A stretch of 64,000 nt of DNA from an uncultured Candidatus Rokubacteria bacterium (GCA_963708025.1 CAVPSB010000016.1:352001-416000), one strand, 5' to 3'; shown: positions 34,537 to 44,450, numbered from the stretch's first letter. Numbers and translations are program-made. The notes: generated from the letters alone by a model not told the origin.

Positions 34537-34696
34537 CCCGTCGTCCTCCTCGTCGTCGGATCACGCAACGCCGACGATGCTGCGCCAACGGCCTGGCGGT
34601 GTCAAGGCGGGACCCCGCACATCGGCCCCGGGCTGCGCTACAATCTCCACGGGCACGAGGTAGAAAATGGGACCGACGCTCGGTGGAGGGAACGAC

Positions 34697-35027
34697 ATGA
34701 CACGACGCGTGGTCATCGGCCTCCTGGCGCTCTCGATCACCGCCTGCGCCACCGCGCCGGCGGGTCCGCCGCAGACGTCGGAGCCCGCGGCGAACCCGCC
34801 GCGCCGCCGTCTCGGTCGGCAGCCAGGTCGTGGCCGTCATCGGGACCCCCTTCTACCTGATCTACAAGACCGTCGTGTGCGCGGCGACGCTCGTCATCGC
34901 GCCGCCCATGTCGGGGCTGGTGGCCATGACCGATCGCGACGACCGGCAGGTCATCCGCCGGCGGATCGACGAGGGCACCACGCAGAACTGCGGCGGGTCC
35001 TGGATCCTCACGCCCGCCTCCCCGTGA
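34697..35027 (+). CDS. Small lipoprotein (frameshift near 34800)
   Basis: RBS GGAGG; lipobox SITAC; continues as VIGTPFYLIYK...NCGG in another frame. Confidence 0.6.
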
Positions 35028-35086
35028 CGGCCGCCCTCGAGATGCCTTCCCGCCGAGCCGGAATTCGCGCGCTCGTGGGATAGAAT

Positions 35087-35455
35087 ATGCCCGTGAGCCT
35101 TCAGGGGGGAACAGCCAACCACTGGATCGGACGCATCGCGCCTCGTGGCCGGTCCGACGCCTACGCCTTGGCGACGAGCCCGACCTGTGCCTGCTGACCA
35201 CCGCGGAACAGAGGCTGGAGATGATGTGGTCCCTGGCGCTCGAGGTCCTGGGCGCTGACCGGAAGGCCCCTGCCGCAGTACCGTCGGCAGGACGCGCCGG
35301 TCCGCCTCCTCGAGCTCTCGGCTCTCCGAAAGAGCTGAGAGGCTGTGCATCAAGGGCGTCGGGAGTTGCTTCAGAACAAGCGCGCCACGGGTCGCCTCCG
35401 AGACCTGGCCGACGTCGAAGCCCTGGAGGCGAGCGGAGAGATCGCGCCGCCCTGA
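35087..35455 (+). pseudogene. Remnant of a small protein/nucleotidyltransferase gene pair
   Basis: WPVRRLRLGDEP...EQRLEMMW...PLPQY (ends 35338), then only the C-terminal LLQNKRATGRLRDLADVEALE* of a minimal nucleotidyltransferase. Confidence 0.55.
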
Positions 35456-35464
35456 GGAGCATCA

Positions 35465-36019
35465 TTGGGACGCGGCGAAGACGACCCATCCGGTGAGTCC
35501 CCCCTGAGTCGGCTCGAGTTCCACATCGCCCAGAAGATCGCGCAGCGTGACGCGATCGATCGCGCGGCCGAGCGCGTGGCCGGGCTCGACGGCGTGGTGG
35601 TCGAGTTCGGACTGGGCCAGGGGCGCTCGTATTCCCACCTGGTCGCCCGCTTTCCCGACCGCGAGGTCTTCTGCTTCGACCGCCAGGACGCCACGCCACC
35701 CGGCTGGGCGCCGCCGGCCGATCACCTCTACCTGGGCGAGTTCGACGCCGTGCTCCGCGACCCGACGGTCCACGCCCGCTTCGCCGGCCGGGTCGTCCTG
35801 GCCCACCTGGATCTCGCGCGTGGCGACTCCCCGGATTCCCGGGTGCACCACTTCGTGGTCGGGCAGACCCATGGCTGGCTGCGGCCCGGGGGCTCGGTGC
35901 TCAGCGACCGGCCGCTCCGGCTCGAGCCGGCGTGGGGCCTCGAGCCGCTCGGGCCGGCCGGAGAGTCCTGGCCGCCGGACCGGCCCCGGTTCTACGCCTA
36001 CCAGCGGCACTCCGCGTGA
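35465..36019 (+). CDS. Class I SAM-dependent methyltransferase (Methyltransf_17-like; start uncertain)
   Basis: SRLE...AQRDAI, VVEFGLGQGRSYSHL, FCFDR. Confidence 0.75.
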   Translation: MGRGEDDPSGESPLSRLEFHIAQKIAQRDAIDRAAERVAGLDGVVVEFGLGQGRSYSHLVARFPDREVFCFDRQDATPPGWAPPADHLYLGEFDAVLRDPTVHARFAGRVVLAHLDLARGDSPDSRVHHFVVGQTHGWLRPGGSVLSDRPLRLEPAWGLEPLGPAGESWPPDRPRFYAYQRHSA

Positions 36020-36307
36020 AGCGCGGGCACCACCACGACCGCAGGCCCTGACGCGCTGCTGGCGGGGCGGGAGGCGGACTACGCCACGCTGATCGACCTG
36101 CTGGACTCCGTCGGGCGGGCCTGGGCCACCCAGCAGACGGGCCACCCCGGCCGTCCGCCCATCCCCTTCCACACCATCCTGGCGGTGCCCCGCTCCCGCC
36201 TGGCGAGCCGCGCCGACTGGCGGGCCCCGCGCCTCCGCTGACAGAGCACGAGAGGTTGCTATCGTGCCCTTGTCATGCCGAAGCCGCATGGCAGCGAAAG
36301 CGGGCCC

Positions 36308-36580
36308 TCAGAGCTTGTCGGCGATGTGTCGGGCGGCCTCCGCGGAGGTGCGCACCGGAATGATCTCGAAGTGGCCAAGGTCGCTCCACGCCTTCATCCA
36401 TGGATCGAACAACGACCGATCCTCGGTGCGCATGACCTGAAAGCACCGGAAGTAGTCGAGGTCCACCCAGCTGTCGACGTATTCGAGACCGGGTGGCAGC
36501 TGGCGACCACGGTCGCGAGCACGACGATAGATCTCCGGAGCCGCGCCCGCATTGAAGTACTCGATGACCATGTAGAGCAT
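36308..36580 (-). CDS. DUF3303 family protein
   Basis: MLYMVIEYF...IYRR...GRQLPPGLEYVDSWV...RCFQVM...W...WSDL..FEIIPV. Confidence 0.8.
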   Translation of the reverse strand: MLYMVIEYFNAGAAPEIYRRARDRGRQLPPGLEYVDSWVDLDYFRCFQVMRTEDRSLFDPWMKAWSDLGHFEIIPVRTSAEAARHIADKL

Positions 36581-36642
36581 CACGGGATCTCCTCGCGGTC
36601 CGTTGTCGTTAGACTCGGCTGAATAGCGTTGCCCTGGTTAGT

Positions 36643-36792
36643 TACACTCGGTGTAGATTGGCCAACGCCTCAACAAGCGGTACGCTCTTCGCTAGTTGTG
36701 CAATGCCGCGCATGGAGAGGCGCAGCGCGCGGTCGATCTCACGAACCGCATCATGGGCCCGGTCGAGAGGGCGGAGCGCCCAGTCAGGCATG
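36643..36792 (-). CDS. Short cassette-like ORF (49 aa), likely truncated
   Basis: AAGGA-ATG immediately after the attC core GTTAGGC; MPDWALRPLDRAHDAVREIDRALRLSMRG...; lower GC. Confidence 0.4.
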
Positions 36793-36798
36793 TCCTTC

Positions 36799-36856
36799 GC
36801 CTAACAATCGCGCTCAGCGGCGCGCGAGGCGCGTCCGCTCGAGTGCGAAGCTAGAC
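36799..36856 (-). other. Degenerate integron attC site
   Basis: Minus strand reads GTCTAGC...AGCGGACGCGCCTCGCGCGCCGCTGAGCG...GTTAGGC, an imperfect palindrome with R''/R' boxes directly after a stop codon. Confidence 0.65.
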
Positions 36857-36858
36857 CG

Positions 36859-36960
36859 TCACGACGGGAGGTCCTCGAGTCGAACACCGCTACCGTCCCT
36901 GAGAGCTTTGCGCGCTTCCGCCACGCGGCGCAGAAACTCGGGGTGATGTTCCAGAAGGTA
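36859..36960 (-). pseudogene. C-terminal remnant of a Phd/YefM-like antitoxin
   Basis: YLLEHHPEFLRRVAEARKALRDGSGVRLEDLPS* resembles Phd/YefM C-termini; 5' part is missing. Confidence 0.5.
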
Positions 36961-37031
36961 GCCAGAATATAGCCAGAATTGTCAGCAGTGTCAAAACGGG
37001 GCCCAGGCGGCTTCCCGGATGGACTGCCGGC

Positions 37032-38298
37032 CTAGAAGCCGCCGGCGCCGGGGCGGGGGCCGAGGCCGGCCGGGTCGTGCTCGGGCTTCCGGCCCGCCAT
37101 CAGGTCGGCGACGATCCGCGCGGTGCCGAACGCCATCGTCCAGCCCATGTGGCCGTGGCCGGCGTTGAGGAAGAGGTTCCGGTGCCGGCCGGTCCCGACG
37201 ATGGGGCGACCGTCCGGGGTCATCGGCCGGAGGCACGCCCGGTACTCGCCCCGGTCGTAGTCGACGGCCTCCGGGAAGACGTCGCGCGCGAACTTCAGGA
37301 TGTTGTTGAAATCCCGCGGCGTCCAGCTCCAGTCGTAGCCGGCGAACTCGGCGGTCGAGGTGAGCCGCAGCCGATCGCCCAGCCGGGACCAGCCGACGAG
37401 CCACCGCTCGTCGACGCCCGGCAGGGTCGGCGCCAGGCCGCCCGCCTTGAGCGGGAACGTCGAACGAGTAGCCCTTGGCGGGATAGACGGCGAGCCGCAC
37501 GCCCACCGTGCGGGCGATCAGCGGGCCGTTGACGCCGAGCGCCAGGACGTAGGCGTCGGCGGTGAGGAGGCCGCCGGCGGTCATCGCGCCGACGACGCGG
37601 TCCCCCTCGGCGCGCAGGCCGGTGACGGGCGTCCCGAGCCGGAAGGTCGCCCCGAACTTCTCCCGGCAGACCCGGGCGAGGTTCTCGCTGAACACCCGGG
37701 AGTCCCCGCTCGTGTCCCCGAGGTCCCGGATCGCCCCGGCGATCCGGTCCTGGACCGGCTCGAAGACCGGGTCGAGCCTGGCCACCGCGGCCGCGTCCAG
37801 GGTCTCCTGCTTCTGGCCGTGCTCCGCCAGGAGCGCCATCTTCCGGACTCCCGCCTCCAGCTCGACCGGGTCCCGGTAGAGGTAGAGGGCGCCCCGCGTG
37901 ATGGCGTGGTACTCGATCCCTTCCCGCCGCACGAGGTCGGTCATGACCGCCTGGCTGTACTGGCAGAGGCGCAGCTTGATGAGCGTGTTGTGGCGGGCCC
38001 GCTCGGCGGTGCACTCGCGGAGGAACCGCCAGCCCCAGGTGTAGAGCCGAAGGTCGGGCGCGAGCTTCACCCGGATGGCGGTCTCCTTCCCGAGGAGGGA
38101 CCGCACGAGCTGGGCCGGGGCGCTCGGCGACGCCCACGCGAAGGAGTGGCCGGGGGCGATGATGCCCGCGTTGCCGGAGGTCGCCTCGAGGCCGAGCTGG
38201 TCCTTCGCCTCCACGAGCGTGACTTCGTGCCCGTCCAGGCCGAGGAAGTACGCCGTGGTGACGCCCACGATGCCGCCGCCGAGAACGAGGACCTTCAT
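37032..38298 (-). CDS. dadA: D-amino acid dehydrogenase (frameshift near 37462)
   Basis: VLGGGIVG, TSGNAG, YPAKGYS, RPMTPDG, GHGHMGWT. Confidence 0.88.
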
Positions 38299-38549
38299 GG
38301 CACTGGAGCTTACGTCGGGGCCGCGCCTCCCCGCAAGCCGGTCGCCGGAGAGCGCCCGCCACGGCCCGGGCCGACCACGGCGAGCGACTGGACTGACACC
38401 TGGAAGCGTCGCTACAATCGGCACGACCGAGAGGTGTCTCGATGAAAGAGCTCCCAGTCGTTCCCGAGCGATCGCTCCCGGCGCTGCCGGCCGCGAAAGA
38501 GTAGCCGGCGGGGAAAGCCTCGCGACCTGGCTACTGACCTGAGGGGTCC

Positions 38550-39554
38550 GTGAGATCGGTCGCGATCGAGCCCACGTTCGAGGCGTGGCAGGAGGCGGCC
38601 CGGGCGCTTCTGCGCGAGGGCATGCCGCCCGGCGACGTCGAGTGGCGCGAGGGCCCGGCCGCCGTGCGCCCGGGGCCCGAGGGTGGGCCCTCGGCGGCGA
38701 TCCGCGTGCCCCGCCGGTTCATCGAGCTGGCGGGCCGGGTCGCGCGCCACGGTGATCCCGCCCGGTGGGCGCTCCTCTACTCGGTGCTCTGGCGGCTCGT
38801 CCACGAGAGCCGGGACCTCCTGGCGAGCGAGGCCGACCCGGAGGTCCGCCGGCTCGTCACGCTGGCCGCCGAGGTCCGGGGCGAAGGCGCCCGTGACGCG
38901 GCGCCGGACGCGCCCCTCACCCTGTCCGGGGACGCGGGGGCCGCGGGGGCGGCGCCGTTCGTGCCGGTTGGTGCCGGCCTCGCGGAGCTGCGGGTGGCCG
39001 CCCGGCGCTGCACCGGCTGCGACCTGTACCGCCACGCGACCCAGACAGTGTTCGGCCGGGGCCCGGTAGACGCCCGCGTCGTGCTGGTCGGCGAGCAGCC
39101 CGGCGACCAGGAGGACCTTCAGGGCGCGCCGTTCGTGGGGCCGGCCGGCGAGGTGCTCGACCGCGCGCTCCGGGAAGCCGGTCTCGCGCGCGAGCGGCTC
39201 TACGTGACGAACGCGGTGAAGCACTTCAAGTTCGTGGAGCGGGGCAAGCGACGCATCCACCAGACGCCCGGCCCCGTCGAGATCGCCGCCTGCCGCCCCT
39301 GGCTCGAGGCCGAGGTCGCCGTCCTCGAGCCCGGCGTGCTGGTGTGCCTGGGAGCGAGCGCCGCCCGCGCGCTCCTGGGCCCGGACTTCCGGCTGATGCG
39401 AGACCGCGGCCGCTTCATGGTCACGCGCTGGGCGCCCAAGACGCTCGCCACGCTTCATCCCTCGGCGGTCCTCCGGGGCGAGGACGAGACGACGCAGGCC
39501 CGACTCTATGGCCTGCTGCTGGGCGATCTCAAGCTCGTGGCCGAAGCGGCATAG
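38550..39554 (+). CDS. udgX: UdgX-family uracil-DNA binding protein with N-terminal extension
   Basis: CTGCDL, GEQPGDQED, TNAVKHFKF, KRRIH R-loop, ACRPWL, HPS. Confidence 0.9.
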   Translation: MRSVAIEPTFEAWQEAARALLREGMPPGDVEWREGPAAVRPGPEGGPSAAIRVPRRFIELAGRVARHGDPARWALLYSVLWRLVHESRDLLASEADPEVRRLVTLAAEVRGEGARDAAPDAPLTLSGDAGAAGAAPFVPVGAGLAELRVAARRCTGCDLYRHATQTVFGRGPVDARVVLVGEQPGDQEDLQGAPFVGPAGEVLDRALREAGLARERLYVTNAVKHFKFVERGKRRIHQTPGPVEIAACRPWLEAEVAVLEPGVLVCLGASAARALLGPDFRLMRDRGRFMVTRWAPKTLATLHPSAVLRGEDETTQARLYGLLLGDLKLVAEAA

Positions 39555-39915
39555 CCCGCCTGCTCGAGAACGATGAGTCCCACCTCCGCGACCAGGCTCC
39601 GCATCGTCGCCACCGCCCAGATCCTCCTGGGGATCCTCCTGCTGCCGTTCTCGATGTTCTTCGGGTCGATCCCGGCGCCGGCCCTGGCGCTGGTACCGAT
39701 CTAGCTGGATCATCGTCCGCGGGTGTCTCATGTGGCGACCCGGCGCGGGCACTGTCGCGGTCGCGCGTCGCACCGCCTGGGTCTCACTCGGAACGCCCCC
39801 AGCAGACCACCCCCCGGCGGCAGCGCTTCGCCCGGCCTGCCCGAAGGGCAAGAGCGCATGATCGCCTGTCTCGCGGCGATGTCTCTCGCGCTGGCAGGTC
39901 GAGGCAAGTAGCCGG

Positions 39916-40188
39916 TCAGAAGTACTCGAACGTGTCGGGCTCGCGCGCCATCCGGAGGCGCAGGCCCGCCATGAAGACCAGGTAGGGATGCGCCCCCCGC
40001 GCGATCAGCCGGTCGCGGTCGAGGGCGGTCAGCGCGCCCTGCGTCTCGAGATCCAGGCCCATCTCGGTCATGGCGCCGCCGGCGTCTTCCAGGTAGCGGG
40101 CGCGGAAGCCATCGTCGGACTTCAGCCGGAACAGGCACAGATTCAACTGGTACGCGGCGGCCGACGGGAAGAAATAGTGCGTCTCCAT
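39916..40188 (-). CDS. Extradiol dioxygenase small (LigA-like) subunit
   Basis: YQLN...FRARYLED..AM...GL...L...D...LIARGAHPY; adjacent to LigB-like gene. Confidence 0.7.
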   Translation of the reverse strand: METHYFFPSAAAYQLNLCLFRLKSDDGFRARYLEDAGGAMTEMGLDLETQGALTALDRDRLIARGAHPYLVFMAGLRLRMAREPDTFEYF

Positions 40189-40202
40189 ATCTCCAGCCTC
40201 CC

Positions 40203-40398
40203 CTAAGGTCCTTGACGCGCCCAAGTCATGGCAGGCGAGTCAGGTTCTCGGGCGGGGCCGAGGAGCGAGCAGCGCTAGGACGCAGGGAGTCGCCGACCGG
40301 AGGCGTACTCCGAGTACGCCGAGGATCGGCGACGACCCCAAAGGCCGAAGGCCGTCCGAACGACGACGCGATGCGACGCTCATCGGCCCCGCCCGCTA
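40203..40398. mobile_element. Modular non-autonomous element flanked by CTA duplication (copy 2)
   Basis: Shares CTTGACGC...AGTCATG, GGCGGGG.CGAGGAGCGAGCAGCG, GGCGTACTCCGAGTACGCC and TGCGACGCTCATCGGCCC with 33152-33426. Confidence 0.7.
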
Positions 40399-41184
40399 GA
40401 CGGGCCAGGTCACGACGGCGTTGCCGTGGTGCCACGACGGCTCGTAGCAGAGCACCTCGGCCCGGGCGTCGCCCACGGCGCCGAGCAGCGTGACCCAGGT
40501 TCGCAGCTCGACGTTCCCGGACTTGCCCAGCTCCTCGCCGGTCAGCGCCGCCGCCTCGTGCCCTCGTCCCGCCGCCAGCGCTTCCAGGAGACGGCGATCG
40601 AACTCGTAGTCGGGCGCGTCGTAGCGGTCGGTGCCCGGGAAGTGCGACATGCCCCCGGAGGCCAGGAGCGCCACCCGCTCCGGGCGCGCATCGAGAATCG
40701 CGCGCAGCGCCTGCCCCCAGGCGTAGCAGCGGCGGGGGGTGGGCTGGGGCGGGAGGTAGACGTTGACGTAGAGGGGCACGATCGGCGCCGGCGGCTCAGG
40801 CATCGTGAAGTGGAGCGGGACGTAGAAGGCGTAGTCGAGCCGGAGCGCCTGGGAGTAGAGCAGGTCGAAGCCGCGCTCGATCCCCTCCTCCAGGATGCCC
40901 CGGGCCAGCGGCTCGTGGACCGGGAAGCTGTAGCGGTAGCGGCCGAACTGGCCGGCAACCTCGGCGCCGACGAAGACGCCGAGGGCCGGCACCGCGTCGA
41001 GGAAGAAGCCCTCGATGTGGTCGCCGGCGACGATCGCGATGGCGTCCGGGCGGGCGTCCGCGAGGAGACGCTTCACCCGGGCGAAGGCCGCGTGGACGCG
41101 GAGCACCAGCGCCCGGTCCTCGGTCGGCGGCCGGACCAGGAGCTGCGGGGTGTGGGCGCAGGCGGCGGCGGCGACGAGAGGCAT
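40396..41184 (-). CDS. Extradiol ring-cleavage dioxygenase, LigB class
   Basis: AHTP, GDHIEGF, ASGGMSH, GNVELRTW. Confidence 0.88.
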   Translation of the reverse strand: MPLVAAAACAHTPQLLVRPPTEDRALVLRVHAAFARVKRLLADARPDAIAIVAGDHIEGFFLDAVPALGVFVGAEVAGQFGRYRYSFPVHEPLARGILEEGIERGFDLLYSQALRLDYAFYVPLHFTMPEPPAPIVPLYVNVYLPPQPTPRRCYAWGQALRAILDARPERVALLASGGMSHFPGTDRYDAPDYEFDRRLLEALAAGRGHEAAALTGEELGKSGNVELRTWVTLLGAVGDARAEVLCYEPSWHHGNAVVTWPV

Positions 41185-41195
41185 GCCGATCTCCT

Positions 41196-43532
41196 TCAGG
41201 ACGGCCGCCGACGGGCGGCCGAGCGGAGCCATTCGAAGAGCCGCGGGCCGGTGACGGGCAACGCGTCCACCTCGACCCCGAGGTCGGCCAGCGCGTCCTC
41301 GACGGCGTTGGCGACGGCGGCGCCCGGGGCGATGATGCCACTCTCGCCGACGCCCTTGATCCCCAGCTCGTTCAGCGCTGACGGGAAGTCCACGGACAGC
41401 ACCTCGAGGGGCGGCACCTCGTCGGCGCGGGGCAGCCCGTAGTCCATCAGGCTTCCCGTCAGGAGCTGCCCGCCGGCGTCGTGGACCAGCTCCTCCATGA
41501 GCGCGCTGCCGAGCCCCTGGACGATGCCCCCGTGGAGCTGCCCCTCCACCACCATCGGGTTGATCGGCTGCCCGCAGTCGTGGACCGCCACGTGCTTGAG
41601 CAGGCGCACCGCGCAGGTCTCGACGTCGACCTCGACCACGCACGCCTGGGCCCCGAAAGCCCACGTCACCGTCTCGGGATAGAAGAAGGCGCAGCCGTTC
41701 AGCCCGGGGCCGCCTGCGGTCGCCAGCCTGGGGCTGCGGACCGCCGCCTGGGCCACCTCGGCCAGCCGGATCCCGCGACCCGGCACGCCCTTGACGAAGA
41801 CCCGGCCCTCCGCCAGCTCGAGGTCCTCGGGAGCGCACTCGAGGAGGTCGGCGGCCACGAGCCGGGCCTTGTCGGCCACCTCGCGAGCGGTGCGCGCCAC
41901 GGCCGGGCCGGCGACGGCGGCCACGCGGCTCGCGATGGTCCCCATCCCGTACCCCACCAGCTGGGTGTCGCCGCCCATCACCACCACCTGCTCGAGCGGC
42001 ACCCCGAGCCGATCGGCACAGATCTGCGCCAGCGTGGTCTCGTGGGCCTGCCCCTGGGCCGAGACGCCGACCATGACGTACACGGTGCCCGACGGGTCGA
42101 CCCGCACCTGCGCGCCCTCGTACGGGCCGAGGCCGGTCCCTTCCACGTACGCCGACAGCCCGATCCCGATCGGCGACCCGGTCCCCGCGCGCCGCTTCTG
42201 CTCGACGCGCCACCCGGCGTAGTCGAGGAGGGCCAGCGCCTTCTCGAACGCGGCGGGGAAGTCGGCCGGATCGTAGACGATCGCGCCCCCGTCGCGGTAG
42301 GTGAGCCCGGTGCGGAACGGCATCTCCGCCGGGCGGATCAGGTTGCGGCGCCGCAGCTCGGCCGGGTCCATCCCGATCCGGCGCGCCGCCCGATCCAGCA
42401 GCCGGTCGAGGACGAGGGCCGCCTCGGGACGGCCCGCGCCCCGGTAGGCCGCGGCGAAGGTCTTGTGGGTCACCACGTTCCGTCCGGTCGCCCGGTAGTG
42501 CGGGACGCGATAGGGCCCGGGCAGATGGTTGATCGTGTTGACCGTGATCGCGTCGCCCAGCGTGGGATACGGCCCGTGGTCCCGGGTGAACTCGGTCTCG
42601 AGCGCGACGATCGTGCCGTCCCGCCGCACGCCGAGCCGCGCGCGATGGGCCTGGTCGCGGTCGGCGGCCGCGGTGAGGAAGTGCTCCTGGCGCGTCTCCA
42701 CCCACTTCACCGGGCAGCCGAGCCGTCGCGCGAGCGCCGGCACCAGGATGTCCTCGGGATAGACGTGGCCCTTCACGCCGAAGCCGCCCCCGACGTCGGG
42801 GGCGAGGACGCGCACCCGCTCCTCGGGGAGCCCGAGGGCGGTCGCGATCGCGCTGCGGACGGCGAACGGCACCTGGGTCGAGACCCAGACGGACAGGAGC
42901 CCCGTGGCGTCCTCGGGCACGGCGAGCACGCCGCGCGGCTCGATGGGGACCCCGAGCACCCGCGGATAACGGAGAGCGGTCTCCACCACGACGTCGGCAT
43001 CGGCCAGGCCCCGGGTCGCGTCGCCGACCTGGCCCGCCGACAGCCCGGCGAGGTTGTCCGGCCAGTCGGGGTGCACTCGGGCCGCCCCCGGTGCCAGCGC
43101 GGTGTCGGCGTGGGCCACGGCGGGAAGCGGCGCGTACTCGATCGCGACGCCGTCGAGCGCGTCCGCCGCGAGGTACGGATCCGTGGCCACGACCGCGACG
43201 ACCGCCTCGCCGACGTGGCGGACCCGGTCGCCGGCAAGCACAGGGTGCGTGTACGGCCGGAAGTGGGGCGTGGGGACCAGCGCCGGGATCGCCGCCGCGG
43301 CCAGCTCCGGCAGCTCGGCCGCCGCGAAAACGGCGCGGACGCCGGGTCGGCGCCGGGCCTCCGTCGCGTCGATCCGGACGATGCGGGCGTGGGCATGGGG
43401 ACTCCGGACCAGGGCCAGGTGGAGCAGACCCGCCACCCGGATGTCGTCCAGGTAGCGTCCGCGTCCCGTGAGAAAGCGGAGATCCTCGCTCCGCTTCACC
43501 GAGCTGCCGACCCAGCGCGCGCCAGGCGTCAT
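41196..43532 (-). CDS. Xanthine dehydrogenase/CoxL-like molybdopterin-binding subunit
   Basis: RSEDLRFLTGRG, GGGFGVK, AYRGAGRPE, GQAHET, EGQLHGG, KGVGESG. Confidence 0.92.
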   Translation of the reverse strand: MTPGARWVGSSVKRSEDLRFLTGRGRYLDDIRVAGLLHLALVRSPHAHARIVRIDATEARRRPGVRAVFAAAELPELAAAAIPALVPTPHFRPYTHPVLAGDRVRHVGEAVVAVVATDPYLAADALDGVAIEYAPLPAVAHADTALAPGAARVHPDWPDNLAGLSAGQVGDATRGLADADVVVETALRYPRVLGVPIEPRGVLAVPEDATGLLSVWVSTQVPFAVRSAIATALGLPEERVRVLAPDVGGGFGVKGHVYPEDILVPALARRLGCPVKWVETRQEHFLTAAADRDQAHRARLGVRRDGTIVALETEFTRDHGPYPTLGDAITVNTINHLPGPYRVPHYRATGRNVVTHKTFAAAYRGAGRPEAALVLDRLLDRAARRIGMDPAELRRRNLIRPAEMPFRTGLTYRDGGAIVYDPADFPAAFEKALALLDYAGWRVEQKRRAGTGSPIGIGLSAYVEGTGLGPYEGAQVRVDPSGTVYVMVGVSAQGQAHETTLAQICADRLGVPLEQVVVMGGDTQLVGYGMGTIASRVAAVAGPAVARTAREVADKARLVAADLLECAPEDLELAEGRVFVKGVPGRGIRLAEVAQAAVRSPRLATAGGPGLNGCAFFYPETVTWAFGAQACVVEVDVETCAVRLLKHVAVHDCGQPINPMVVEGQLHGGIVQGLGSALMEELVHDAGGQLLTGSLMDYGLPRADEVPPLEVLSVDFPSALNELGIKGVGESGIIAPGAAVANAVEDALADLGVEVDALPVTGPRLFEWLRSAARRRPS

Positions 43533-43731
43533 GCGAACCGAGCGGCAGGATGTCGAGGGATTCTGGTCATCGGCGATGGCCGTAGCCGATGATACCCCCC
43601 TCGCGCGACGGCTTCAAACGGCCGCCGACCGTATTGATTCGAGTCACCGGAGGCAACAGCTACCAACAGACGGGCGTTACGACCAGACTGAACCGACGCG
43701 CGCGCTGCCGCCGTCAAAAGAGTACGCATTC

Positions 43732-43971
43732 ATGATAGAGTCTGGAGCACTCGGGAGGTACCTGATGGGTCCCTACGACAGTCGCCGACTGACCCTCGAT
43801 CCTGGCCTCACCGCTCTCACGCTTCACGCGTTGCGGAGCCGTGACGGCCACTACCCCTTCATCGAGCGCCACGCCCGATCGCGCAGGCTGCGGGCGGCGC
43901 TCCGGCAACGCCTGGCCGCCTGGTTCCCCACGATCCGCACCCTGCTGACCGCCCGCCCGACCACGAGCTGA
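43732..43971 (+). CDS. Small hypothetical protein
   Basis: 79-aa ORF divergent from the Mo-hydroxylase gene; no motif recognised. Confidence 0.35.
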   Translation: MIESGALGRYLMGPYDSRRLTLDPGLTALTLHALRSRDGHYPFIERHARSRRLRAALRQRLAAWFPTIRTLLTARPTTS

Positions 43972-44155
43972 CGCGCTCGCTCGCCGGCGCCTGGAGACCG
44001 GCCCGCGCCTGAACGACCTGGGTCCCGAGCCCGGGCGGTTGTATCGTAGCCGCCTCTAGGGCCGGGAGCTGGCGCAGATCCCGCGGTACCAGCTCACCGC
44101 CGGGCTCCGCCACAGCCGCCCGGGGTGGCCGACGCTCTCGGCCGACCTGTGCTAC

Positions 44156-44374
44156 GTGGGCCCGCGATTCGAGGACGACAGGAATCGAGTCCGTCTCGGC
44201 GACGCCGTGGTCCTCGACCTCACCGTCTCCATGCAGCTTGCCCGGCGCGCCCAGCTCTTCCTGTCGTTCGAGAGCACCCTCGGCAGCGAGCTCGAGCTCG
44301 CGAGGATGAGCGACGGGGTGGCCACGCTCGGCTCCCCGACCCTCGTCCGCGGCGGCCTGCGCGTCGGCTTCTGA
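44156..44374 (+). pseudogene. C-terminal fragment of a TonB-dependent receptor-like outer-membrane protein
   Basis: GPRFEDD.N...L.DAVVLDL...GSPTLVRGGLRVGF* with terminal Phe beta-signal; no upstream barrel. Confidence 0.5.
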
Positions 44375-44450
44375 GATGAACGTGCCCCACGTGCTAGAGT
44401 AGCTGCCTCATGGTGGACATCCGCCACCACGATGACCGGTATTCGGAAGG

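Noticed and set aside
38412-39851. Long antisense ORFs (here and at e.g. 25738-27612 and 41481-43592)
   Set aside because: Shadow ORFs caused by high-GC codon bias opposite real genes
39573-39860. Short hydrophobic ORF after udgX interrupted by TAG
   Set aside because: Possibly a decayed membrane-protein gene, but no family is recognisable, so it is too weak to call
41196-43532. Aerobic CO dehydrogenase (form I coxL)
   Set aside because: The active-site motif is AYRGAGR rather than AYxCSFR, and coxS/coxM are absent
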